Assembly: GCA_041300865.1 (NCBI GenBank)
Contig: JBFYTF010000036.1
Location: 34,604 to 98,603 of the forward strand
Direction: 5' to 3'
Length of the DNA stretch: 64,000 nt
Source: Anaerolineae bacterium
GTDB lineage: Bacteria; Chloroflexota; Anaerolineae; JAAYZQ01
The notes beneath the pieces are model-generated. The model was not told the DNA's origin. It did not search any database and saw nothing but the letters and a program-made list of their open reading frames with translations. The position numbers were made by a program, and so were the translations under genes. Every line of letters begins with the position of its first letter. Positions within the stretch are counted from its first letter, which is position 1. Of the stretch, positions 27,531 through 36,730 are shown piece after piece.

Positions 27531-29060
27531 TTACAGAGCTGTCGATAGTCCCAGCGATGTGCCGGCCATCATCAGCCCAAGCTGTTCTATATCTGCATCC
27601 TTGTTCTCGATGATGCCCATGATCCTCCCCTCGTAGATGACCGCAATTCGATCGGCGAGCATCAGAATCTCTTCCAGCTCAGTGGAGATGAGCAGGATTG
27701 CGGCTCCCCGATCACGCTGCTCCAACAGACAGCGATAAACGTACTCGGTTGCGCCCACATCAAGACCACGCGTGGGCTGAAACGCCAGAACGAAGGAAGG
27801 GGTGCGGCTCAGTTCTCGAGCCAAAACGATCTTTTGCTGGTTCCCGCCGGACAGCGACCGGGTGACCATCTCCGGTCGATTGGGACGGATGTCGTACTCT
27901 TCTCCGAGAGCGAGCGCCTGCTTGCGCACGGCCCTTCGATTCAGAAACGAAAACCGCGAGTTGGGTCTTCGGTCAACGGAATCGAGGATCAAATTCTCTC
28001 CGATGGTAAAGTCCATGATCAGGCCAAGTTCGTGACGATCTTCAGGAATACGCGCAACGCCCAGCGATACGAGCTGCTTGGGTCCCAAGTGGGTCACATC
28101 TTGTCCCTTGACCTTCACGCTTCCCGTCGAAGCCTTTTGCAGGCCTGACACAATGGCCGCCAGTTCCTGTTGACCATTGCCGTCCACACCCGCTACGGCA
28201 AGGATCTCACCCTCACACACCTGAAACGATACGCCGGAGAGCAGCGGCTTGTCTCCGTGGTTGTGCAGTGTCAGGTCGCCCACCTCCAGGACAGGGTGAC
28301 GCGACCCGTGAACGCTGTTTCTTGAGACCTGAAACACAACTTCGCGCCCGACCATCATACGGGCCAGTTGAGCCTTGTCCGTCTTGTCGCGCTCAACGGT
28401 GTCGACCACCCGGCCGTCTCTCAGCACCGTGATCCGGTCACTGATCTCCATGACCTCGTTTAGCTTATGAGAGATAAAGATCACCGATTTTCCCTGTGCC
28501 GTGAAACTCCGCAAGATATCGAACAAGTCTCGGACTTCACCGGGCGTGAGTACAGCCGTTGGTTCGTCCAGAATCAGTAGCTTGGCATCGCGGTAGAGTG
28601 CCTTCATGATTTCGACTCGCTGGCGCACGCCCACCGGCAGGTCGCCAATGACTGCGCACGGGTCCACCGAGAGCCCATACCGCTCCGAGAGTTCCCGGAC
28701 CGCTGTCTCAACCTTGTTCAGATCAAGGAGAGGCTCCTTGGGCAGGCGCGTTCCCAGTACAATGTTTTCCGCCACTGTGAAGGCCGGGATGAGCATGAAG
28801 TGCTGGTGCACCATGCCGATTCCGCAGGCGATTGCAGCGCTAGGCGACGATATACTGACGCGCTTGCCATGCATGTACACCGAACCGCTGTCTGCCTCAT
28901 AGAGTCCATAAAGGACATTCATGAGTGTCGTTTTGCCTGCCCCATTTTCACCGAGCAAAGCGTGCACTTCGCCACTCTCAACCTCAAGGGAAACGCAGTC
29001 GTTGGCGTTGACACCGGGAAATCGTTTGGTTATTCTCTCCATGGACAGCAGAGCAGGCAT
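27531..29060 (-). CDS. ABC transporter ATP-binding protein with two ATPase domains
   Basis: Walker A GENGAGKTT, signatures LPVGVRQRVEI and LSGGNQQK. ATG at 29060 (MPALLSMERITKRF). Confidence 0.85.
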   Translation of the reverse strand: MPALLSMERITKRFPGVNANDCVSLEVESGEVHALLGENGAGKTTLMNVLYGLYEADSGSVYMHGKRVSISSPSAAIACGIGMVHQHFMLIPAFTVAENIVLGTRLPKEPLLDLNKVETAVRELSERYGLSVDPCAVIGDLPVGVRQRVEIMKALYRDAKLLILDEPTAVLTPGEVRDLFDILRSFTAQGKSVIFISHKLNEVMEISDRITVLRDGRVVDTVERDKTDKAQLARMMVGREVVFQVSRNSVHGSRHPVLEVGDLTLHNHGDKPLLSGVSFQVCEGEILAVAGVDGNGQQELAAIVSGLQKASTGSVKVKGQDVTHLGPKQLVSLGVARIPEDRHELGLIMDFTIGENLILDSVDRRPNSRFSFLNRRAVRKQALALGEEYDIRPNRPEMVTRSLSGGNQQKIVLARELSRTPSFVLAFQPTRGLDVGATEYVYRCLLEQRDRGAAILLISTELEEILMLADRIAVIYEGRIMGIIENKDADIEQLGLMMAGTSLGLSTAL

Positions 29061-29094
29061 CCGTTCTCCCGAGCTTGATGACTTTGGAGAGCGA

Positions 29095-29123
29095 TTGACC
29101 AGGCGAGCGTTCAGCCTGGTCAA
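29095..29123 (-). promoter_or_regulatory. Intercistronic hairpin between the binding-protein and ATPase genes
   Basis: Perfect 9-bp inverted repeat ttgaccagg / cctggtcaa with an 11-nt loop and no U-tract. Confidence 0.5.
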
Positions 29124-29141
29124 CCGCATCTCAGTTCATAT

Positions 29142-30182
29142 CTAATCCTGGGGCGGGACGTCGATCCGTGGCACTTCTGCCTTGCCGGAAATGATGTCCT
29201 GCCGGACCTGTTCTACTTGAGCGGCGACGTCGTCAGGCACGGTACCGTGATAGGGCGCGATGTCAACAGCGCCAACTTCCAGGCCGTACATCTGAATCTC
29301 TCCAGCAAAGTCACCCGCCAAGATACGCTTGACGCCCTCAACCATGAGCGTGCCATAGTCCACAATGAAGCTAGTAAGAACAGTCTCGGGTGCGAGCGAG
29401 TTCTGATCGAAGCCAAAACCGATGGCATACACCCCCTTTTCCTGGCAGCCATCGATGACGCCGACTCCAGCTTCGTTGGCGATGTGAAAAATGACGTCTA
29501 CGTCAGTGCTGATCTGGGCCAAAGCGGCTTCCTTTGCCCTGGCTACATCATCCAAGGTGCCAATATAGGCAGTAGTTGCTTCTGCGTCCGAATTGACGTA
29601 TTGGGCGCCAGCTCCAAAAGCCTCAATGCCGCGGACGATGATCGGGAACTCCATGCCGCCCACAGCACCGACCCTGTTCGTCTTGGTCATCAGGCCGGCC
29701 ACAGCACCGACAAGGAACCCGGCTTCCTCAAAGACCGGCTCAAGGGACGCGACATTCGGTCCGGAAACGTTGCCGTTGTTGACGAGGTAGTAGATGTCGG
29801 GGTATTCTGGTGCAATCTTGGCTGCTGGTTCTCCGAACTCGAAGCCATGGCCAATAATGATGTCATAGCCCTCGTCGCTGAAGCTGCGATAGGTTTCGTC
29901 GAACTCTGCCGGAGGAACCGATTCGGCAAAGGCGACTTCGAGACCCAACTCGCTCTCGATTCTCTTCAAGCCCTCATAGGCCATCGCATTGAAGCTTTGA
30001 TCGCTGATGGGGCCGATAAGTACCAATGCCACTCGGGGCTTTTCCTCGGTAGCCTCCGCTGCTGTTGGCGCGGCTGCCGGAGCTACTGTTGGCTCCGGCT
30101 CCGGCGTGGAACCGCAAGCAGCGATCATTGCCAGCAGCATTGCCAGAACAAGTACAAGACTAGCACCCTTGGTCCGTTTCAC
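29142..30182 (-). CDS. BMP-family ABC substrate-binding lipoprotein (nucleoside/purine-type)
   Basis: Lipobox LLAMIAAC. Motifs IGPISDQSFNAMAYEGL and IIIGHGFEFGEPA. GTG at 30182 preceded by AAAGGAGAGAG. Confidence 0.8.
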   Translation of the reverse strand: MKRTKGASLVLVLAMLLAMIAACGSTPEPEPTVAPAAAPTAAEATEEKPRVALVLIGPISDQSFNAMAYEGLKRIESELGLEVAFAESVPPAEFDETYRSFSDEGYDIIIGHGFEFGEPAAKIAPEYPDIYYLVNNGNVSGPNVASLEPVFEEAGFLVGAVAGLMTKTNRVGAVGGMEFPIIVRGIEAFGAGAQYVNSDAEATTAYIGTLDDVARAKEAALAQISTDVDVIFHIANEAGVGVIDGCQEKGVYAIGFGFDQNSLAPETVLTSFIVDYGTLMVEGVKRILAGDFAGEIQMYGLEVGAVDIAPYHGTVPDDVAAQVEQVRQDIISGKAEVPRIDVPPQD

Positions 30183-30396
30183 TTTCTCTCTCCTTTTTGT
30201 TTCAAGCGTTCTTTTCGAACCAGCGGACGGCTGCGAAAAACGCACATGGACTTTTGCGCCGACCCCCATGGATGTGTCGGGCACAGCGTCTCATCCCGCA
30301 ATCCCCTTATCAGACTCTTGTTGGGCTACGCCTCCTTCTCTGGTGCTAAGCAAAGACCCGCACCCCACTTTGCGTCCGAGCCTCGCTCCAGCCGCC

Positions 30397-32616
30397 TTAC
30401 TGGCCCCGCATTTCCCGCCATACCCGTTCCGGCGTGGCTGGCAGGTTCGGGATACGGACGCCTACTGCGTCGTAGATGGCATTGAGAACAGCCGGGGCAG
30501 TGGTCACGAGAGTGATCTCACCCAATCCTTTAGCCCCAAAGGGCCCGGTTGGATCAGGCACCTCAACAATGCGGCTGTCCAGCTCCAGGGGCATGTCGCG
30601 AACAGTCGGAACATAGTACTCACTCAGCCGGCCTGTGCGAACCTGGCCGTCCTCCTGGATGAACTCCTCCATGAGGGCATATCCAACTCCCATGTGAACG
30701 CCGCCGGCAACCTGTCCAAAGGTGGTTTGCGGGTTGAAGACATGTCCGGCATCCGTGGCTGCCCACACCTTCAGGATCTGCACCTCACCTGTCTCGCTAT
30801 CCACTTCCAGGAGAACGACCTGCGTACCGAAGGAGTAGCTATAATAGGGGTTACACTGGCCCGTCTCGGGATCGAAACTTGTTGTAGGCCGCTCTCTGAG
30901 GGGATGATGCGTGTAGGTGGCAGTGATAACGTCTTGCCCAGTTTCTTGGCGTAGAACGTCCTCCCACTGTTGTTGTGCTTGGGCACAGGCCCGAAGAAGA
31001 GCATTGCCGGCGATGTAGGTCAGACGAGAGGCTGATGCCGAACCCCCGTCGGGAACGTGGGCGGTGTCGACCACGCTGATCTGTACCTGATCCAGTTGCA
31101 GGTGCAAGGCCCCGGCGGCGATTTGCTGCAGGATCGTGTGTACGCCCTGGCCCATCTCCACTGCGCCCACACTGACTTGTGCCTTGAAGATGTGACCCGA
31201 CTCGTCAAGGCGCAGTTCGACATCCACCGTGCACTTGTCGTCGAACCCAAAGGGAAACCCTACGTTCTTTTGCGCACTGGCAACGCCGATACCGCGCCGC
31301 CGGTTCGGGGCTGAGGGCGTTCCAATGTCCGGGCGGACCCAACGGTCGCCGTCTCGCGGTGACCACCCGGCGGCGAGAGCAGCCTCCCGCAAGGTCTGTT
31401 TTATCCCCGTTCCGGCCGGCATCGGATGCCCCAACACGGTCTCGCTGCCGGCTTCGACCATGTTCTTCAGGCGGAACTCGACGACATCCATGCCCAACGC
31501 TTCAGCCAGCCGATCCATGTGCTGCTCGCAGGCAACGGGTGCTTGGGCCGTGCCGAACCCGCGCATCGCCATCGCCACCGCGTTGTTTGTGTGGACGGTA
31601 TAGGCGTCGATCTTGACGTTTGGCGTGACATAGGGGCCGGCCAACGCACAGACAGCACAGCCCAGCACCAAGCCGCTGGTGGACGCATACGCTCCCGCAT
31701 CAGAAATCGCCTCAATGTCCATGGCAAGGAGCCGGCCATCGCGCGCGGCACCGACCTTATAGCGGAAGAAGAAGCGATGGCGCTTACCTGTGCAGCGCAT
31801 CGTCTCTTCTCGCGAGAAGGTCATCTTTACCGGCATCCGCAGAACGTAGGCGCAGAGGGCCAGGAGGTGCTGGATATACATGTCCTCGCGTCCACCGAAT
31901 GCCCCACCAATGGCGGGAACGATCTCGCGCAACTGATCCTTGTCGAGATGGAGCATGTGCGAGATTTGACCCAGATCGTCGTGAGGCCACTGAGCAGCAG
32001 CGATCACCGCGATCCGACCTTCGTTGTCAACATACCCTATCCCGGCCTCTGGCTGAAGATATCCGTGCTCGATTGCTTGTGTGCTGTACGTACTCTCGAT
32101 GACCACGTCGCACTCGGCAAACGCCGCTTCGACGTTGCCCTTCCGCACCGGAATGTGAGCAAAGACATTCGTGCCCATTGCTTCGTGCACCAAGGGAGCG
32201 CCTGGCTGCATTGCGTCTCGTGGGTCAGTGAGAACTGGGAGCACTTCATAGTCCACCCGGACCAAGTCCGCGGCTTGACGGGCAATTCGTTCTGTTGTGG
32301 CGACGACAATTGCGATGCGATCCCCGAGCCACCGTACCTTGTCGCCTTCGGCGATGAGGACGGGTTGATCCTTCACAAATATCCCGTAGACGTTGACGGG
32401 AACGTCACAGTAGGTGATGACTCGGGCTACGCCAGGCACAGATTCCGCGGCGCTGGTATCGATCTTGAGGACCTTTGCATGGGGATGCCTGCTCCACACG
32501 ACCGCTCCATACAGCTGGCCGGGCATGTTATGGTCTTGGGGATACTTGTTCGCTCCTTGAACTTTGCCACGGGCGTCAACGCGTTCAACCGATTTACCGA
32601 GGACAGAGCTGCTCAT
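30397..32616 (-). CDS. Xanthine-dehydrogenase-family molybdopterin-binding large subunit (CoxL-like)
   Basis: MSSSVLGKSVERVDARGKVQGANKY at the N-terminus; GFGTAQ and GGGFGGRED-like motifs. AAAGGAGG lies before the ATG at 32616. Confidence 0.85.
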   Translation of the reverse strand: MSSSVLGKSVERVDARGKVQGANKYPQDHNMPGQLYGAVVWSRHPHAKVLKIDTSAAESVPGVARVITYCDVPVNVYGIFVKDQPVLIAEGDKVRWLGDRIAIVVATTERIARQAADLVRVDYEVLPVLTDPRDAMQPGAPLVHEAMGTNVFAHIPVRKGNVEAAFAECDVVIESTYSTQAIEHGYLQPEAGIGYVDNEGRIAVIAAAQWPHDDLGQISHMLHLDKDQLREIVPAIGGAFGGREDMYIQHLLALCAYVLRMPVKMTFSREETMRCTGKRHRFFFRYKVGAARDGRLLAMDIEAISDAGAYASTSGLVLGCAVCALAGPYVTPNVKIDAYTVHTNNAVAMAMRGFGTAQAPVACEQHMDRLAEALGMDVVEFRLKNMVEAGSETVLGHPMPAGTGIKQTLREAALAAGWSPRDGDRWVRPDIGTPSAPNRRRGIGVASAQKNVGFPFGFDDKCTVDVELRLDESGHIFKAQVSVGAVEMGQGVHTILQQIAAGALHLQLDQVQISVVDTAHVPDGGSASASRLTYIAGNALLRACAQAQQQWEDVLRQETGQDVITATYTHHPLRERPTTSFDPETGQCNPYYSYSFGTQVVLLEVDSETGEVQILKVWAATDAGHVFNPQTTFGQVAGGVHMGVGYALMEEFIQEDGQVRTGRLSEYYVPTVRDMPLELDSRIVEVPDPTGPFGAKGLGEITLVTTAPAVLNAIYDAVGVRIPNLPATPERVWREMRGQ

Positions 32617-32664
32617 GCGGCCTCCTTTGCCCTGACTTCTCAAGACGACAACGTTCCGGGTGCC

Positions 32665-33144
32665 TTAGGACCCCGCATGGTCTGCCAACTCGGTCGCCGC
32701 AGCCTTCACCGCATCGATGATCTGATAGTATCCGGTGCACCGGCAGAGATTGCCGGACAACCCGTCCATGATCTCCTGATGGCTTGGCCTTGGCTTTTCT
32801 GCTAACAGCGCCACCGTTGACATTACGAAGCCGGGCGTGCAGTAGCCACACTGAATTGCAGAGTGCTCCACAAAGGCTTTTTGCACAGGATGAAGCTGCC
32901 CTTCCGGAGCAAGCCCTTCAACGGTGCTAACCGAACGCCCGTGGGCCTTGAGTGCGGGATAGATACAACTCAGGACGGGTTCGCCATCTACCAACACAGT
33001 ACAGGCTCCGCACTCGCCCTCCTCGCATCCAACCTTGGTGCCTGTTAGGCCAAGCCTATCACGCAAGACCTGAGCCAGCATCTCTCCCGGATCGATCTCG
33101 ACGGCTGCAACCCTGTTGTTGATATTCATCTCGAGAAGGGTCAT
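32665..33144 (-). CDS. (2Fe-2S)-binding small subunit (CoxS-like)
   Basis: Motifs [18 protein letters not shown] and CRCTGY. Confidence 0.9.
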   Translation of the reverse strand: MTLLEMNINNRVAAVEIDPGEMLAQVLRDRLGLTGTKVGCEEGECGACTVLVDGEPVLSCIYPALKAHGRSVSTVEGLAPEGQLHPVQKAFVEHSAIQCGYCTPGFVMSTVALLAEKPRPSHQEIMDGLSGNLCRCTGYYQIIDAVKAAATELADHAGS

Positions 33145-33260
33145 GGCTTACTCCTCCGTCGTTCTTGTCCGCGGCCACTGCGCGGAGCAACTAACCTTCA
33201 GTCAGACATCGAGATGGCTGAGACCATATCGCAATCCGATGGCTTCCGTAATACCGGATC

Positions 33261-34172
33261 TCAGGCGCTGGGTGTCGCATCGGCCAGGGCTTGGCTCAAG
33301 GCACGGCGCACCAAGACTTCGACCATCTGCTTGCGATAATCGGCAGACCCGCGCAAGAGACTGTCTCGAGGTGCGGCGGTTTCAAATGCCTTCTTCGCAG
33401 CTGCAGCGATAACCTGCTCGCTTACCGGAGCATTCAGCAGCACATCCTCGGCCTCGCGGGCCCGAAATGGAACCGGCGCCACAGGCCCAACCGAGATCCT
33501 GGCGTCCGCGAAATGACTATCCTCGACCCTCACGACAACGGCGACGCATACGCTGGGCAGGATCAGGGCCTGACGGCGCGCCAGCCGCTGGAAGGACCAG
33601 CTCGTGGACCCTGGCAGAGGCCGGAAGCGGAGGGCCGTTACTATTTCCTGGCAAGGATCCACGGTACACTTACCGACACCGGTGTAAAAGCTACTGATTG
33701 GCACCCATCGCCGGCCACACCGGTCTAGTATCTCTACATCTGCGTCAAGGGCAAAAAGCGCTACGGCTCCATCGGCAGCGGGCAGAGCGTTTACTACGTT
33801 GCCGACTAGGGTAGCCACGCGTCGAATTTGAGGACCGCCAATGGCCGCACACGCGCGGGCTAATATGCCCGCCTTGGCCTGAATGAGAGAGGAAGCCGCC
33901 ACTTGGGCATGTGTTACCTGTGGACCTATCAGGATCCAGCCGTCTTGTTCTTCAAGGAAGCCCAAACCTGGAACACGTGTGATGTCGACCATCACCTGGC
34001 TGTCGCACTGGCCGCGCTGAGCCTGGAGCACAAGATCCGTGCCGCCAGCGATGATGCGAGCTCGGCCATTATGGTGCTGTAACATTTCCAGGGTTTCGCT
34101 CAGGGTTGCGGGGAAGAGGTACTCGGTCCAGAATGCAGGTTTCCGGTTCTCATTCTCTATCACAGGACTCAT
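33261..34172 (-). CDS. FAD-binding medium subunit of a molybdopterin dehydrogenase (CoxM-like)
   Basis: Motifs [11 protein letters not shown] and VGNVVNALPAADG. Confidence 0.85.
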   Translation of the reverse strand: MSPVIENENRKPAFWTEYLFPATLSETLEMLQHHNGRARIIAGGTDLVLQAQRGQCDSQVMVDITRVPGLGFLEEQDGWILIGPQVTHAQVAASSLIQAKAGILARACAAIGGPQIRRVATLVGNVVNALPAADGAVALFALDADVEILDRCGRRWVPISSFYTGVGKCTVDPCQEIVTALRFRPLPGSTSWSFQRLARRQALILPSVCVAVVVRVEDSHFADARISVGPVAPVPFRAREAEDVLLNAPVSEQVIAAAAKKAFETAAPRDSLLRGSADYRKQMVEVLVRRALSQALADATPSA

Positions 34173-34304
34173 TGTGCACTCCCTCGTACAGAAGTGGCCC
34201 TCGGAAACAGAGCGATGCTGCTGTTCGGCCCAACCTGCTTGGCCGATCCGCTTGCCGTTCCAATTACGAACGGCTCTAGCGAACGGTGGTTTTGTATATA
34301 ATAT

Positions 34305-34333
34305 AGTATATCATATGTCGCACAAGTTGTCAA
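34305..34333 (-). promoter_or_regulatory. Near-consensus promoter (TTGACA-17-TATACT, with TG at the extended -10 position)
   Basis: On the minus strand, TTGACA is at 34333-34328 and TATACT at 34310-34305. TTGTATAT lies on the plus strand at 34292-34299. The site is about 125 nt upstream of the CoxM-like start. Confidence 0.7.
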
Positions 34334-34365
34334 GATCTCGGTAGTCGCCATGAACAAAGACCTTC

Positions 34366-35718
34366 TCAGAGCACTCCAGCGCGCCGCACCAGCTTGAAGG
34401 CCGAATTTCGAGCCTGGCGTAGCACCTCCTCGTAGTCTGGGATGGTCAGCATCTGGCCATCCTCCATGACAAGTCTCCCGTCGATCATCACCGTGCGCAC
34501 GCACTCACTGGAAGCGGCGTAGACTAGCGTAGCCACGGGGTCGTAACTCGGGACCCCCGAGATATGGTGCTCAAAATCGCACACGAAGAGGTCTGCCCGC
34601 TTCCCAACTTCCAGGGATCCGAGTTCATCTGCCTTGCCGATGGCCGCGGCGGCTTGAATGGTCGCCATATCCAGAACCTGATAGGCGTTGATGATCCTTG
34701 GATTCTCAGTATGCGCTTTGTGAAGCAGGGACGCGAATTTTAGGTCCTTGATATAATCGACGCTATTGTTGCTGGCAGCGCCGTCAGTCGCCAAGCCGAC
34801 GGTAAGCCCGGCGGCCATCATCTGCGGAATGGGCGCTACCCCGTGAGCCAGGTACATATTGGACACTGGATTGTGGGAAACATTGACCCCGTGCCGGGCC
34901 ATGATCTCGATATCGTCTTCCGTGACCTTGATGCAGTGCACGGCCAAAACGTCAGGCCCGAGGAAACCAGTGGTCGCGAGATACGCCATTTCAGAACAAG
35001 AGAAGTGCGTGTGCGCCCAATCGACTTCGTAGGGGACCTCCGACAGATGAACCGTGATCCGGGCCCCGTGCTTGTCCGCCAGTTCCCGCACGCCACGGAA
35101 CGCCTCTGGAGTGGCCAGGGTAATGGTGCAGGGGGCCATCCAGATATCGAGGAGATCGACACCCCGATACTCGCGTATTAGTCGCTCACAATCTTCGAGG
35201 GCGACCTTTGTGGGTTGGACCCAGCTCCGCTGGAACGCAGCCTCCGGCGCATTGTCGGTGATCCCCCGCGCCATAATTCCCCGCACCCCCACCTGTTGAA
35301 AGCCACGGATCACAGCATCTGCGAGGTGCGGCCGCGGGTGCGCATACATAAAGTCGACAAAGGTCGTAGTCCCAGATTTGATTCCTTCCAGGCACCCGAG
35401 CAGGGTTCCTTGATAGCAGTCGTCTTCTGTCAGTTCGTCGGCACTCGGCGCGATCATGGAACTAAGCCAGTCATACAGCTGGCGATCTGCGCCGAGTCCT
35501 TTGAGCAGGCTCTGGAACAGGTGCATGTGGGTGTTGATCAAGCCGGGGAACACCACTTTCCCATGTCCTTCGATGACCTTCTCGTCGGAGCCTGGAGTAA
35601 TCTTGCCTTTGCCTACCTCACAGATTCTGCCGCCAGCAATCCGAAGATAACCATCATCGACGACACGGCCCAAAGGCCCGGCAGACACCAGAGTCGCGTT
35701 TCTGACTAGAACCTTCAT
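34366..35718 (-). CDS. Metal-dependent amidohydrolase (SsnA / chlorohydrolase family)
   Basis: Motifs LINTHMHLFQ and TVHLSE. The ATG at 35718 overlaps the upstream TGA (ATGA). Confidence 0.8.
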   Translation of the reverse strand: MKVLVRNATLVSAGPLGRVVDDGYLRIAGGRICEVGKGKITPGSDEKVIEGHGKVVFPGLINTHMHLFQSLLKGLGADRQLYDWLSSMIAPSADELTEDDCYQGTLLGCLEGIKSGTTTFVDFMYAHPRPHLADAVIRGFQQVGVRGIMARGITDNAPEAAFQRSWVQPTKVALEDCERLIREYRGVDLLDIWMAPCTITLATPEAFRGVRELADKHGARITVHLSEVPYEVDWAHTHFSCSEMAYLATTGFLGPDVLAVHCIKVTEDDIEIMARHGVNVSHNPVSNMYLAHGVAPIPQMMAAGLTVGLATDGAASNNSVDYIKDLKFASLLHKAHTENPRIINAYQVLDMATIQAAAAIGKADELGSLEVGKRADLFVCDFEHHISGVPSYDPVATLVYAASSECVRTVMIDGRLVMEDGQMLTIPDYEEVLRQARNSAFKLVRRAGVL

Positions 35719-36722
35719 CGTTGATCCTCCTGTTCGAGATACGACGGCCGGTTCGCCTTCTCGCCCCACCGGCCCCTCCTGATTAGGTAGGCCAGCGCCC
35801 CCTGAAGCTCCCGTTGCCACGCCTCCGCCGCCTCGGCAGTCCAGTCGTAGAACCCCTTGCCCGTCTTGACCCCTAGCTCCCGCCTGTCAACCTTGTCCAC
35901 GAGCAGGGGCGACGGCGACGCATTCGCGGCCAGGTGGGGCAGGAGGTGTTTCTGGATCTGGAGCTCCAGGTCCCAGCCGATCGGCTCGGCGATCTCGAAC
36001 GGCCCGGCAAAGGCCAGGCGCCGCCCGAAGCCGTCTTTCACCGCAATGTCCACGTCCTCGGCGCTGGCGATCCCTTGCTCCACCAGGTACAACGCCTCCC
36101 GCTGCAGAGCAAATTGGAGCCGGTTGGCGACAAAACCAAAGCACTCCTTCCGCACCACGATCGGCTGCTTGCCCATGCCGCGCAGCAGCCCGCAGGCCGT
36201 GTTGACGGTCGCGCCGGACGTAGCCGGGCCGGCAACGATCTCGACCAGGGGCAGGAGCGACGGTGGGTAGAAAAAGTGCATCCCCACGACCCGGTCCGGC
36301 CGGCCTGTCGCCGCGGCCAGCAGGCTGGGCATAAAGGTCGAGGTGTTGCTGGCCAGAATGGTCCGCGCGGGGCAGAGCCGGTCCAGCTCGCCAAAGACCT
36401 CCCTCTTGAGCGCCAAGTCTTCGTACACGGCCTCCACGACCAGGTCCACCTCTTGCGCCGCCTCGGGCAGCACGGTGGTCGTGCTTATCCTCGCCATGGC
36501 TGCCGCCGGGGCATCGGCCGGGACAATCCCCCACCCGGCGAGCTGGGCCAGGTTCGCACCAATCCGCTGCACCGCGTGCTCCAAGGCCAGCTGGCCTACG
36601 TCGTGAAGCACGACCTCATGTCCGGCCAGGGCGAACTCCTGGCCGATGCCGTGCCCCATGAAGCCTGCGCCTACGACGGCGACGCGCTGGATGCTCCCGG
36701 TGCTCATGGCCGTCTGTTCCAT
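35715..36722 (-). CDS. 3-hydroxyacyl-CoA dehydrogenase family NAD-binding protein
   Basis: Motifs VAVVGAGFMGHGIG, SNTS and GFVANR. Start taken at MEQTAMST (36722). The long N-terminal extension in the track overlaps the permease gene. Confidence 0.8.
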   Translation of the reverse strand: MEQTAMSTGSIQRVAVVGAGFMGHGIGQEFALAGHEVVLHDVGQLALEHAVQRIGANLAQLAGWGIVPADAPAAAMARISTTTVLPEAAQEVDLVVEAVYEDLALKREVFGELDRLCPARTILASNTSTFMPSLLAAATGRPDRVVGMHFFYPPSLLPLVEIVAGPATSGATVNTACGLLRGMGKQPIVVRKECFGFVANRLQFALQREALYLVEQGIASAEDVDIAVKDGFGRRLAFAGPFEIAEPIGWDLELQIQKHLLPHLAANASPSPLLVDKVDRRELGVKTGKGFYDWTAEAAEAWQRELQGALAYLIRRGRWGEKANRPSYLEQEDQR

Positions 36723-36730
36723 GCCTGCAC

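Noticed and set aside
30183-30396. 214-nt spacer between the CoxL-like stop and the binding-protein start was examined for a promoter, terminator or small ORF. It includes CGCA-N9-TGCG followed by TTTTT around 30225-30250 and an orphan GAAGGAGG.
   Set aside because: The stem is only 4 bp, there is no -35/-10 pair of reasonable quality, and no start codon follows the RBS-like sequence. The evidence is insufficient to annotate.
33145-33260. 116-nt gap between the CoxM-like and CoxS-like genes was checked for a missing small gene. It contains a 9-codon ATG ORF and a 6-bp TCCGCG/CGCGGA hairpin.
   Set aside because: The ORF is too short and lacks an RBS, and the hairpin is weak with no U-tract. 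It is treated as plain intercistronic spacer.
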